From an uncultured Candidatus Saccharibacteria bacterium (GTDB lineage: Bacteria; Patescibacteriota; Saccharimonadia; CAILAD01; GCA-016700035), in contig CAZHSY010000002.1 in the NCBI GenBank assembly GCA_964535385.1, forward strand, positions 6,939-70,938: a stretch of 64,000 nt of DNA. The letters are read 5' to 3'. This document shows positions 56,957 to 64,000 of the stretch, piece by piece. Below the pieces are notes generated by a model. The model did no database searches, was not told the origin of the DNA, and worked only from the letters and a program-made list of their open reading frames with translations. Both the position numbers and the translations under genes were made by a program. The first letter of the stretch is position 1; every line of letters starts with the position of its first letter.

Positions 56957-58801
56957 CTATTTATGCGTGAAATAGTATTTTAGGGTATCTCGAACCACGG
57001 GCAACGCATACTCAGCCCCCTCGCCCGAATTCTCCACCAGTGCCACGACTACAATCTCTGGATTATCACTCGGCGCAAAGGCTTCAAACCATGCATGCGG
57101 CCTGGTGCGTGGATTCTTACCATCGAAGCCCTCAGAACTTGTCTCAGCCGTACCAGTCTTGCCACTCACCGGCACTGGTACTTCGCGATTAATCGAGCAA
57201 CACCCAGTACCAGAAGCTACCGTCTCACGCATACCCTGCTTCACGGTGGCCAGCACTTCCGGCTTAATGAAGCCTGAGCGAATAATTTCTGGATCAATTG
57301 TCCGAACAACCTTACCATTCTCATCAACTACATTACGGACGAGATGTGGCTTGTAGAGTGTGCCACCATTGGCAATGGAAGCCACCGCGCCGGCCAGCTG
57401 CAAAGGACTCACCATGATGTCGCCCTGACCAATTGAGATATTGTAGGTATCACCCAATGTCCAGCTGTCTCCAGTTTGCTGTTTTTTCTTATCTGGACTC
57501 GGCATCGAGCCAGCCGACTCGTCACCAATATCGAGTCCCGTCTTAGCGCCAAAGCCAAAGTTCTTGTAGTACTGCAGGAGCTTATCCGCCCCCAAGCCTC
57601 GAAAGCCCTGATAGCCACCACCAATGATGTAATAAAAAATGTCACTCGACATGGATATCGCCCGGATCACATTCACCACACCCAAGCCGGTCGTTTCCCA
57701 GCCCTTGAAGGTATAAACAATCGACGGATCATAGACATTTGGCACATCGATCTTGCCTTTGTCCTCAATAGTCGTAGAGGGAGTAATCACACCTTCCTGC
57801 AAGGCGGCGGCCGAAATAAAGGGTTTAATCGTCGAGCCAATCGGATATCCACCTGAGGTAACTTTATTAAAAAGTGGCCTATTTGCGTCATTCAAGAGCG
57901 ATTGATAGGTGGTTTGGTCAATACCCTTAGCGAACAAATTATTATCAAAGCTCGGCATATTTACGGCCGCTAAAATCTGTCCATTGCGTGGGTCAAGCGC
58001 CACTGCCGCACCACGCTTACTACCAGCTTTTTCAACCTCCCGCTTCAGACTATCAGCCATCACTTGGGTTAATCCAAGATCAACGCTAAGCTCAACTGAA
58101 TTACCGGCCACTGGATCTTTGCTGGCCAATACTTTAACCGGCTTGCCAGAAGCGTCTACCTCGGTCTGTTCGGCACCATTCTTACCGCGCAAATCATTCT
58201 CATAGGCTCGTTCGAGGCCAACCTTGCCAATAAAGTCAGTTGACTGATAGGTTGTCTGGAAGTCCGTACTCTGCTTCATGTCGTCAGCCGAAATACGGCC
58301 GGTGTAGCCCAGGAAGTGCGACAGGGAGCCTTGATCTAGATACTCACGCACTGGGTTGGTATCTAGCGAGATGCCGGGCAAATCTTGAGCATGCTCTTCA
58401 ATCGCCAATGCCTTGTCGCGGCTCACCTGACCCTCAAGCAAAACTGGCTGTGGCGACTGAGAGCCCGCCTTCTCAACCTTCTGGGCTACGTCATCGGCTG
58501 AAATGCCCGTCAAATCTTGCAGTCGCTGATACACGCCTGGCCGATCAGTCATTTTCTTAGGAAGCCGTGCCGGAATTACAATCAGATCAAAGTTCGCTAC
58601 ATTGCGCACTAACAGCTGATGATTTCGATCATAGACTGCCCCACGAGGAGCTCGAATAATATTCTGGCGAATTCGATTCCCATCAGCCAGCGCTTGATTA
58701 CGCGCGCCCTGCACAACCTGCAGCTGAAAAAGCTGAGCCATGAGCAATACTCCCACTAGGGCCACAACACCCAAGAACCAACGCACATACCCATGCGCCA
58801 T
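56957..58801 (-). CDS. mrdA: penicillin-binding protein 2 (class B transpeptidase)
   Basis: N-terminal TM, dimerisation domain, transpeptidase motifs STIKP, SSD (SxN-type) and KTGT; located upstream of mreDCB. Confidence 0.8.
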   Translation of the reverse strand: MAHGYVRWFLGVVALVGVLLMAQLFQLQVVQGARNQALADGNRIRQNIIRAPRGAVYDRNHQLLVRNVANFDLIVIPARLPKKMTDRPGVYQRLQDLTGISADDVAQKVEKAGSQSPQPVLLEGQVSRDKALAIEEHAQDLPGISLDTNPVREYLDQGSLSHFLGYTGRISADDMKQSTDFQTTYQSTDFIGKVGLERAYENDLRGKNGAEQTEVDASGKPVKVLASKDPVAGNSVELSVDLGLTQVMADSLKREVEKAGSKRGAAVALDPRNGQILAAVNMPSFDNNLFAKGIDQTTYQSLLNDANRPLFNKVTSGGYPIGSTIKPFISAAALQEGVITPSTTIEDKGKIDVPNVYDPSIVYTFKGWETTGLGVVNVIRAISMSSDIFYYIIGGGYQGFRGLGADKLLQYYKNFGFGAKTGLDIGDESAGSMPSPDKKKQQTGDSWTLGDTYNISIGQGDIMVSPLQLAGAVASIANGGTLYKPHLVRNVVDENGKVVRTIDPEIIRSGFIKPEVLATVKQGMRETVASGTGCCSINREVPVPVSGKTGTAETSSEGFDGKNPRTRPHAWFEAFAPSDNPEIVVVALVENSGEGAEYALPVVRDTLKYYFTHK

Positions 58802-58980
58802 ACTATGCTCACTGACAGCCCGCTCACCACTACCAGGTAGAATGGCCTGCGACCAGCTCTCGCTATCACGTGATTGCCGCTCAGTCTTACTCTTTAATGA
58901 GCGCGTCTCACGACGATGAAAATCTCCAAAAATAGCCTGACGGATGGCTATCCCTCCTTCACTCCTTAGTACTTATGATC

Positions 58981-59478
58981 TTATAACTTTGGCAGACGGT
59001 AGGTCGATGGTTCGGCCTGACGCCGCTGCGTGAGCGCCAGCCAAACGGCAAATAATAAACTATTATACAATGCCTCAAGACCAATGCGAAGAGCCAGGTG
59101 TCCACTGCTGCCGACGATAGTGGCTAATCCCATATTGGCTAGAAGAATAACATTCATGGCTACAGTAGCAACAATCAGGATCGCAAACAAATAACTCAAC
59201 TGTGGCCCAGCTGATGCGCGCAGCACTAGTTTTGTGGCCAAAACAAACAGCAAAACACTCAAAAGCTGAGTGCCAAATGGGGCTACGCTACCGATCTCCA
59301 ATACAAGCCCCAAAGGCAATGCCAGGCATAGCAACTCTGCCAGACTAGTGCTAGGGGCAGCCGCCACCAGTACTACCAGGGCGATATTCGGCATCACAGC
59401 TTGAATCGAGAGCCCGTGCAGACTGAGCTGTAAACAACCCACTACCAAGCCTAGTAGTACGAAGAGCACTCGCCGCAT
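58981..59478 (-). CDS. mreD: rod shape-determining protein MreD (by position and topology)
   Basis: 165-aa polytopic membrane protein immediately downstream of mreC. Confidence 0.5.
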   Translation of the reverse strand: MRRVLFVLLGLVVGCLQLSLHGLSIQAVMPNIALVVLVAAAPSTSLAELLCLALPLGLVLEIGSVAPFGTQLLSVLLFVLATKLVLRASAGPQLSYLFAILIVATVAMNVILLANMGLATIVGSSGHLALRIGLEALYNSLLFAVWLALTQRRQAEPSTYRLPKL

Positions 59479-60296
59479 TACTGCTTCACCACAAAGACAA
59501 TCTCTAGACGGTCAAAGTCCAGCGGCGAGCGTACCGTCGCGGCCTGGAAGATTTCGTTATCACTCTTGTCGACCGATTCCGTGCGACCGATTAGGATGCC
59601 TTTTGGTATACGATCCGAGCCAGCCGTTAATACATTTTCACCTTGATCGATAGTCTCATTCTGAGCGATCTGTTCCAAGCGCAAGCCAGCCCCAATCTCA
59701 CCAGTCAGAATCCCGCGGGCACGGCCTGACTGGCCGATGGCTTGTACGCGAAACTCCGGATCTGACACCAACCCCACCGTAGCTGTCGCCTGATCAACTC
59801 GCTCAATCTTACCGACGAGCACGCCAGAACTGACCACCGCTTGGCCAACCTGCACACCATCACGACTACCACGGTTAATAACAAACGTCCGACGGACATT
59901 ATCGGGACTATACGACACCACATTGGCGCCAATCAAATCAAGCGGCAGGTCTTTATGGAAGCCCAGCTGCTCGCGCAAAAGGCTATTCTCATGCTCAACC
60001 TCGCGGAGGCGAGTAACCTCAGCTTGAGCCGACTGCAAGTCGCGCTCCAACCGTTGATTGTCCTGGCCGAGATGCCCTAGTGAGCCAAAGGTATGAAAGA
60101 AACCACCGACCGATCGAGTAGTGTTTGAGAGTACTTGACCGACCGGTTGAGCTAGCCCGTCCAGCACGATAGTCAGCGGTCGCCAGAAACCACCCAGCTG
60201 CAAAAGTAAAATCATACTCACCAGAACAACCGCCGCGACTGCCACCCATCGGCCACGTTTCTTACCTCCAGAGCGGGCGTCAATCGCTCGAGCCAC
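59478..60296 (-). CDS. mreC: rod shape-determining protein MreC
   Basis: N-terminal TM, coiled-coil, beta-rich C-terminal domains; adjacent to mreB. Confidence 0.75.
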   Translation of the reverse strand: MARAIDARSGGKKRGRWVAVAAVVLVSMILLLQLGGFWRPLTIVLDGLAQPVGQVLSNTTRSVGGFFHTFGSLGHLGQDNQRLERDLQSAQAEVTRLREVEHENSLLREQLGFHKDLPLDLIGANVVSYSPDNVRRTFVINRGSRDGVQVGQAVVSSGVLVGKIERVDQATATVGLVSDPEFRVQAIGQSGRARGILTGEIGAGLRLEQIAQNETIDQGENVLTAGSDRIPKGILIGRTESVDKSDNEIFQAATVRSPLDFDRLEIVFVVKQ

Positions 60297-61369
60297 TAGT
60301 GTGGAGTCTTCTCGTACTGAGTTGTCACCAGCACGTCCTTAAGTTCATCAATATCCTCAAGTACCGCACCCGTACCACGAGCTACTGCTGTTAACGGATC
60401 ATCGGCAATGACCACGGGCATTTTCGTCTGCTGAGCGAGCAATTGATCTAAGCCTCGCAAGAGTGCGCCACCCCCAGCCAAATAAACTCCTTTATCCATG
60501 ATATCGGCGATGAGCTCTGGTGGTGTCTCTTCAATAGTGTCTTTGACGGCGTTAACGATCGCCCGAACTGACTTCGACAGAGCTGCCCGGACTTGGTCCG
60601 AATTAATAATCACTTCCTTAGGTAGGCCCGTCACAATATCACGACCACGAATCGGTGCCTCCAAGAGATGCTCCAGCTCATGAGCCGAACCAACCGAAAT
60701 TTTAATTGCCTCAGCCGTCCGCTCGCCGACCTGTAAATTAAATTCTTCTTTAGCATAGGCCATGATGTCTTCGGTCAGCTCATCACCAGCGATACGAATA
60801 CTGCGACTGGCCACAATCCCACCCAGCGAAATGACAGCCACCTCACTCGTGCCACCGCCGATATCCACCACCATACTACCAGCCGCATCGTGAACCGGCA
60901 GATTTGAACCAACGGCCGCAGCCATCGGTTCTTCGATCAAAAAAGCCTGCCGTGCACCGGCGTTGGTTGCGGCGTCTTCCACGGCTCGCTTCTCGACCTC
61001 AGTGACACCAGAAGGGATGCCGATCACGACCCGTGGCCGTGGCAGGAGCGCAAAATGCTGCTTTTGGACTTTATCCAAGAAATATTTCAGCATTTGTTCG
61101 GTGACTTCGAAGTCTGACACCACCCCATCGACCAGTGGTCGACTAGCGACAATGTTAGCTGGCGTCTTGCCAACCATGCGCTTAGCCTCATCGCCAATCG
61201 CCAGAATCTGACGAGTCTTATTGTTGATCGCTACCACACTTGGCTCATCGATAATAATGCCTTTGCCGCGTAAATACACCAAAGTATTAGCCGTCCCCAA
61301 GTCGATACCTATATCGTGAGACAGCCGGCCGAAGACATCTGGCAATCGTAGCTGTGAGAATTTCATGTT
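60296..61369 (-). CDS. mreB: rod shape-determining protein MreB
   Basis: start placed at MKFSQLRL with AGAGG RBS; IGIDLGTANT, DIGGGTSEVA and LAGGGALL motifs. Confidence 0.88.
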   Translation of the reverse strand, partial: NMKFSQLRLPDVFGRLSHDIGIDLGTANTLVYLRGKGIIIDEPSVVAINNKTRQILAIGDEAKRMVGKTPANIVASRPLVDGVVSDFEVTEQMLKYFLDKVQKQHFALLPRPRVVIGIPSGVTEVEKRAVEDAATNAGARQAFLIEEPMAAAVGSNLPVHDAAGSMVVDIGGGTSEVAVISLGGIVASRSIRIAGDELTEDIMAYAKEEFNLQVGERTAEAIKISVGSAHELEHLLEAPIRGRDIVTGLPKEVIINSDQVRAALSKSVRAIVNAVKDTIEETPPELIADIMDKGVYLAGGGALLRGLDQLLAQQTKMPVVIADDPLTAVARGTGAVLEDIDELKDVLVTTQYEKTPH

Positions 61370-61538
61370 AACCTCTAGTTTACACGACTTTCGCTCTTCC
61401 CTCACCACCTTCAGGCCACATCCGCCTATCTGATGATAGTTTCTCGTTCCCAGCGTAGCCACAGCAACATCTATTCCAGACAAGCTCAATGCCCGCTACA
61501 TCAAGCTGTAACCTGTTGATGAGATTAACTCAAGTTGC

Positions 61539-62306
61539 CTAACTATGAAGCAGGATCCAGAACGCGATTAAGTTATTCAAAGTATGTAATAGGATGCCCG
61601 GCACAAGACTACGGCTCCGTACGTACAGCCACGTTAATACGAGACCAAAGATAAATGTATAGATCATGGCATTCACCTGACCATGTAGCAGACCGAAGAT
61701 TGCCGCCGCAATGATCGCCGCCAACACCGTCGGTAGCTTCGTACGTAGGCTCGAGAAGACTAATCCCCGAAACAATGTCTCCTCGACAATCGGCGCAACG
61801 AGAACACTGGCTGCGAAACTCGCCCAAACTGCCCAGTGCTGATTTCCAAACGGCGTCACATCCTGAGCCTCTTCAAAGTTAAGCTGCGGCCAAATTGCCT
61901 TTATAAAAGCAATCACTACAGCCGCCACTAGGATCTGCAAACAATAGAGCCCGAACACGACGAGCAGCCACCGCCAGCGTGGCCATTGCCAGCCCAGCTG
62001 CTTGAGATTGACTTGTCGACGCCAGATGAACCATCCTAGCACCCCAGCCTCTACGGCCAGACCTATCAGGTACTGGATGAGCGCTTCAGCTGGACCATCG
62101 CCGACCACAAACGCCCCAAAGGCCTTGGGCAAGATACCGATACGAGCGTAAATATAAACCATCGCACCAAGTACTATCGGCAAGAGCACCACTGCAGCCA
62201 CTGCCACGAGTCCATCAGTTACTCGCCAGCCCGAACGCTTCGACTGAATCATAGTCGACTGATGAGCTAGCTTATGAGGCTGGCTAGAAGAAGCGCCCGA
62301 CATCAC
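61539..62306 (-). CDS. CPBP-family (CAAX) intramembrane metalloprotease
   Basis: EETLFRG, FGLLHG and HTLNN motifs in a multi-TM protein. Confidence 0.65.
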   Translation of the reverse strand: MMSGASSSQPHKLAHQSTMIQSKRSGWRVTDGLVAVAAVVLLPIVLGAMVYIYARIGILPKAFGAFVVGDGPAEALIQYLIGLAVEAGVLGWFIWRRQVNLKQLGWQWPRWRWLLVVFGLYCLQILVAAVVIAFIKAIWPQLNFEEAQDVTPFGNQHWAVWASFAASVLVAPIVEETLFRGLVFSSLRTKLPTVLAAIIAAAIFGLLHGQVNAMIYTFIFGLVLTWLYVRSRSLVPGILLHTLNNLIAFWILLHS

Positions 62307-63363
62307 TGATCGCCACGATTATGCCGAAGGCGATCAGCAACACAAAGCCTACGGTGTGGGCCAAAGTCTCTTGCTTCTCACTAATAGGCAGACCACCCCG
62401 ACGCAAGAGCAAAACGAACAGACGGCCGCCGTCCAGAGCCGGTATTGGCAGTGCATTCACTACAGCCAGCGACAGCGAGATGGAGGCTATAAGTGCCAGC
62501 ACATAATCCCAACCGAAGTGCACCACCTGTCCGAAAACTGCCGTTACTCCAACCGGACCAGCCACTGTATCGGCTACTCGGAACTGACTAATGAGTGTCC
62601 AGATGGCACCGAAGAAAGCTGCCACCGTAGCCAGCGTGAGTTGCCACATCAGCAGCAGGGCCGCAATCGGTACCTGCCACCAAGGATAGCGCTCTCGTTG
62701 TTGAGGCATAGCAACGACACCAAGGAGGCCTCGCTCACCATCACGACTCAGTTTCACAGGTGTAGTCGTGTCCTGGCCTTCACGCCGGTAGGTAAGACTT
62801 ACTTCTGTATCGGGTCGAGAGCCCGTAATGTCCTTGAGAGCCTGTTCAGTTCTCGGCGATTGGCCGGCGATCGAGATAATTTCGTCGCTGCTTTTTAGGC
62901 CTATTTTCTCAGCAGCCGAGCCCTGGCCAATCGAGAAGATTACCAGTCGAGGCTGCTCGGCAGAGACTGGTGCAATCGGTCCGAGCTTCGGCAAATCAAA
63001 TGGAAAAATATTAGCCATCCCAGTACCACAGAGAATCATAAAAATCACATAGGCGATGGCGAAGTTCATCGCCACACCAGCCATCAGCACCTTAGTCTTC
63101 ACCCAGAGAGATTTTGAGGCAAAGCTCTTCGGCCCCTTAGTCTCATTATCCTCACCTTCCAGTCGCACGAAGCCACCCAGTGGCAAGAGGTTGATGGTGT
63201 ATTCGGTCTCACCAACCTTCTTGCCCCACAGCTTAGGTGGGAAGCCAACGCCGAACTCATACACACGGACGCCATTGCGCTTCGCCACGATAAAGTGACC
63301 AAACTCATGAGCAATGACGAGTGTTGAGAAAATCAGTAAAACGAAAAGAATAATAAGTATCAC
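62284..63363 (-). CDS. rseP: RIP metalloprotease RseP (M50 site-2 protease)
   Basis: HEFGHF zinc motif in TM1, PDZ domain, LDG motif near the C-terminus. Confidence 0.8.
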   Translation of the reverse strand: MILIILFVLLIFSTLVIAHEFGHFIVAKRNGVRVYEFGVGFPPKLWGKKVGETEYTINLLPLGGFVRLEGEDNETKGPKSFASKSLWVKTKVLMAGVAMNFAIAYVIFMILCGTGMANIFPFDLPKLGPIAPVSAEQPRLVIFSIGQGSAAEKIGLKSSDEIISIAGQSPRTEQALKDITGSRPDTEVSLTYRREGQDTTTPVKLSRDGERGLLGVVAMPQQRERYPWWQVPIAALLLMWQLTLATVAAFFGAIWTLISQFRVADTVAGPVGVTAVFGQVVHFGWDYVLALIASISLSLAVVNALPIPALDGGRLFVLLLRRGGLPISEKQETLAHTVGFVLLIAFGIIVAISDVGRFF

Positions 63364-63448
63364 GTGTCTACCAGTATACCAAGTTTGTTAGTATCAAGTA
63401 TGGTCTTGAGGCTTGAAAATAAGCTGAGAGACTAGTGATAGCCCCATA

Positions 63449-63485
63449 AACAAGTACAGGCCTTGAACAAGGCCTGTACTTGTTT
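63449..63485. terminator. 17-bp perfect hairpin aaacaagtacaggcctt-gaac-aaggcctgtacttgttt
   Basis: A-run / T-rich flanks; lies downstream of the convergent frr; its core aggccttg..caaggcct is related to the REP-like palindrome. Confidence 0.6.
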
Positions 63486-63490
63486 GGTTG

Positions 63491-63524
63491 CAGGCCAGGC
63501 CTTGGCTAACCAAGGCCTGGCCTG
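63491..63524. repeat. REP-like palindrome caggccaggccttgg-ctaa-ccaaggcctggcctg
   Basis: perfect 15-bp arms. Confidence 0.8.
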
Positions 63525-63533
63525 ATCGCATCC

Positions 63534-64000
63534 CTATACGGTCAGTAACTCATCTTTTTTGACACTATAAGCCGTCTCAACTTCACCCTGATACTTGCGT
63601 ATCATCTCATCGAGCTGCTTTTCGGTCTTGAAGAATTGATCTTCAGGAAGTTCGCCAGACTCTTTTTGGTTCTTGGCTGTCTTCAGGCCATCATGGCGAG
63701 CGTTACGGAGAGAGACATTGACTTGCTCTTGGAGCTCGGACAGAAGCTTGACGAAGTTCTGGCGGCGTTCTTCGGTCATCAGCGGCATCTGCATACGCAC
63801 GATCGTGCCGTCAGTAGCCGGTGATAGGCCGAGTGAGGCAGCCTCACGGATTGCCTTCTCGACCGCTGCCACATTGGAAGCGTCCCAGACCTGGACCTGG
63901 AGTGTCTTTGGATCAGGCGTCGAGATTGTCCCGACTTGCAGAAGAGTCATATCTTGGCCGTAAACGTTCACCTTAAGCCCATCTATGAGGCTGACTTGTG
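63534..64000 (-). CDS. frr: ribosome recycling factor (5' end beyond the window)
   Basis: collinear with the RRF C-terminal two thirds (..GLSPATDGTIVRMQMPLMTEERRQNFVK..); runs off the window edge. Confidence 0.85.
   Translation of the reverse strand, partial: QVSLIDGLKVNVYGQDMTLLQVGTISTPDPKTLQVQVWDASNVAAVEKAIREAASLGLSPATDGTIVRMQMPLMTEERRQNFVKLLSELQEQVNVSLRNARHDGLKTAKNQKESGELPEDQFFKTEKQLDEMIRKYQGEVETAYSVKKDELLTV

Noticed and set aside
1-64000. rRNA genes, tmRNA, RNase P RNA, riboswitches
   Set aside because: No stretch resembling conserved 16S/23S/5S cores, the tmRNA tag-reading frame or the RNase P P4 region was seen. Intergenic regions are mostly short or occupied by the repeat families above.

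Overview
The window is a gene-dense, about 50% GC bacterial chromosome segment, read from sequence alone. The gene content is consistent with a small Gram-positive-type genome, possibly a CPR/Saccharibacteria-like epibiont (inference): sortase plus LPXTG substrates, type IV pilin-like proteins, FtsEX with PcsB-like CHAP hydrolases, two MreB paralogs, a class I LysRS, and a reduced housekeeping set. Confident housekeeping genes are gltX, pyrG, secA, serS, a class I lysyl-tRNA synthetase, greA, prfB (RF2), murA, ftsE, ftsX, xseA, xseB, rpmA, hpf, ctpA, mrdA/PBP2, mreB-mreC-mreD, rseP, frr (partial at the window edge) and tRNA-Leu(CAA). Accessory content includes: (1) a GT2 processive glycosyltransferase plus polysaccharide deacetylase (PNAG-like) operon next to a three-gene prepilin-type operon; (2) a glycosyltransferase / O-antigen-ligase cluster with a second MreB; (3) a sortase with a long cytoplasmic N-terminal extension; (4) a 3.4 kb segment bracketed by about 136 bp imperfect inverted repeats that carries a GH6 cellulase-family hydrolase, two unknown proteins and a tiny ORF that is essentially a bare LPVTG sorting signal; (5) a frameshifted IS1595-family transposase; (6) an LPQTG surface protein; (7) a sharply high-GC (about 65%) three-gene island at 43.2-46.7 kb with native-style AT-rich promoter and intrinsic terminators, plus a separate high-GC gene at 1.3 kb driven by a near-identical promoter; (8) a 925-aa coiled-coil membrane protein; (9) at least two dispersed intergenic repeat families. 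One is a composite, about 200 bp, same-orientation element present in 7 copies, built around a GGCCAGGCCTTGG palindrome and a GCGTATATATAATTACGGTG core. The most promising novel candidates are the high-GC island, the IR-flanked GH6 cassette and the dispersed element family.
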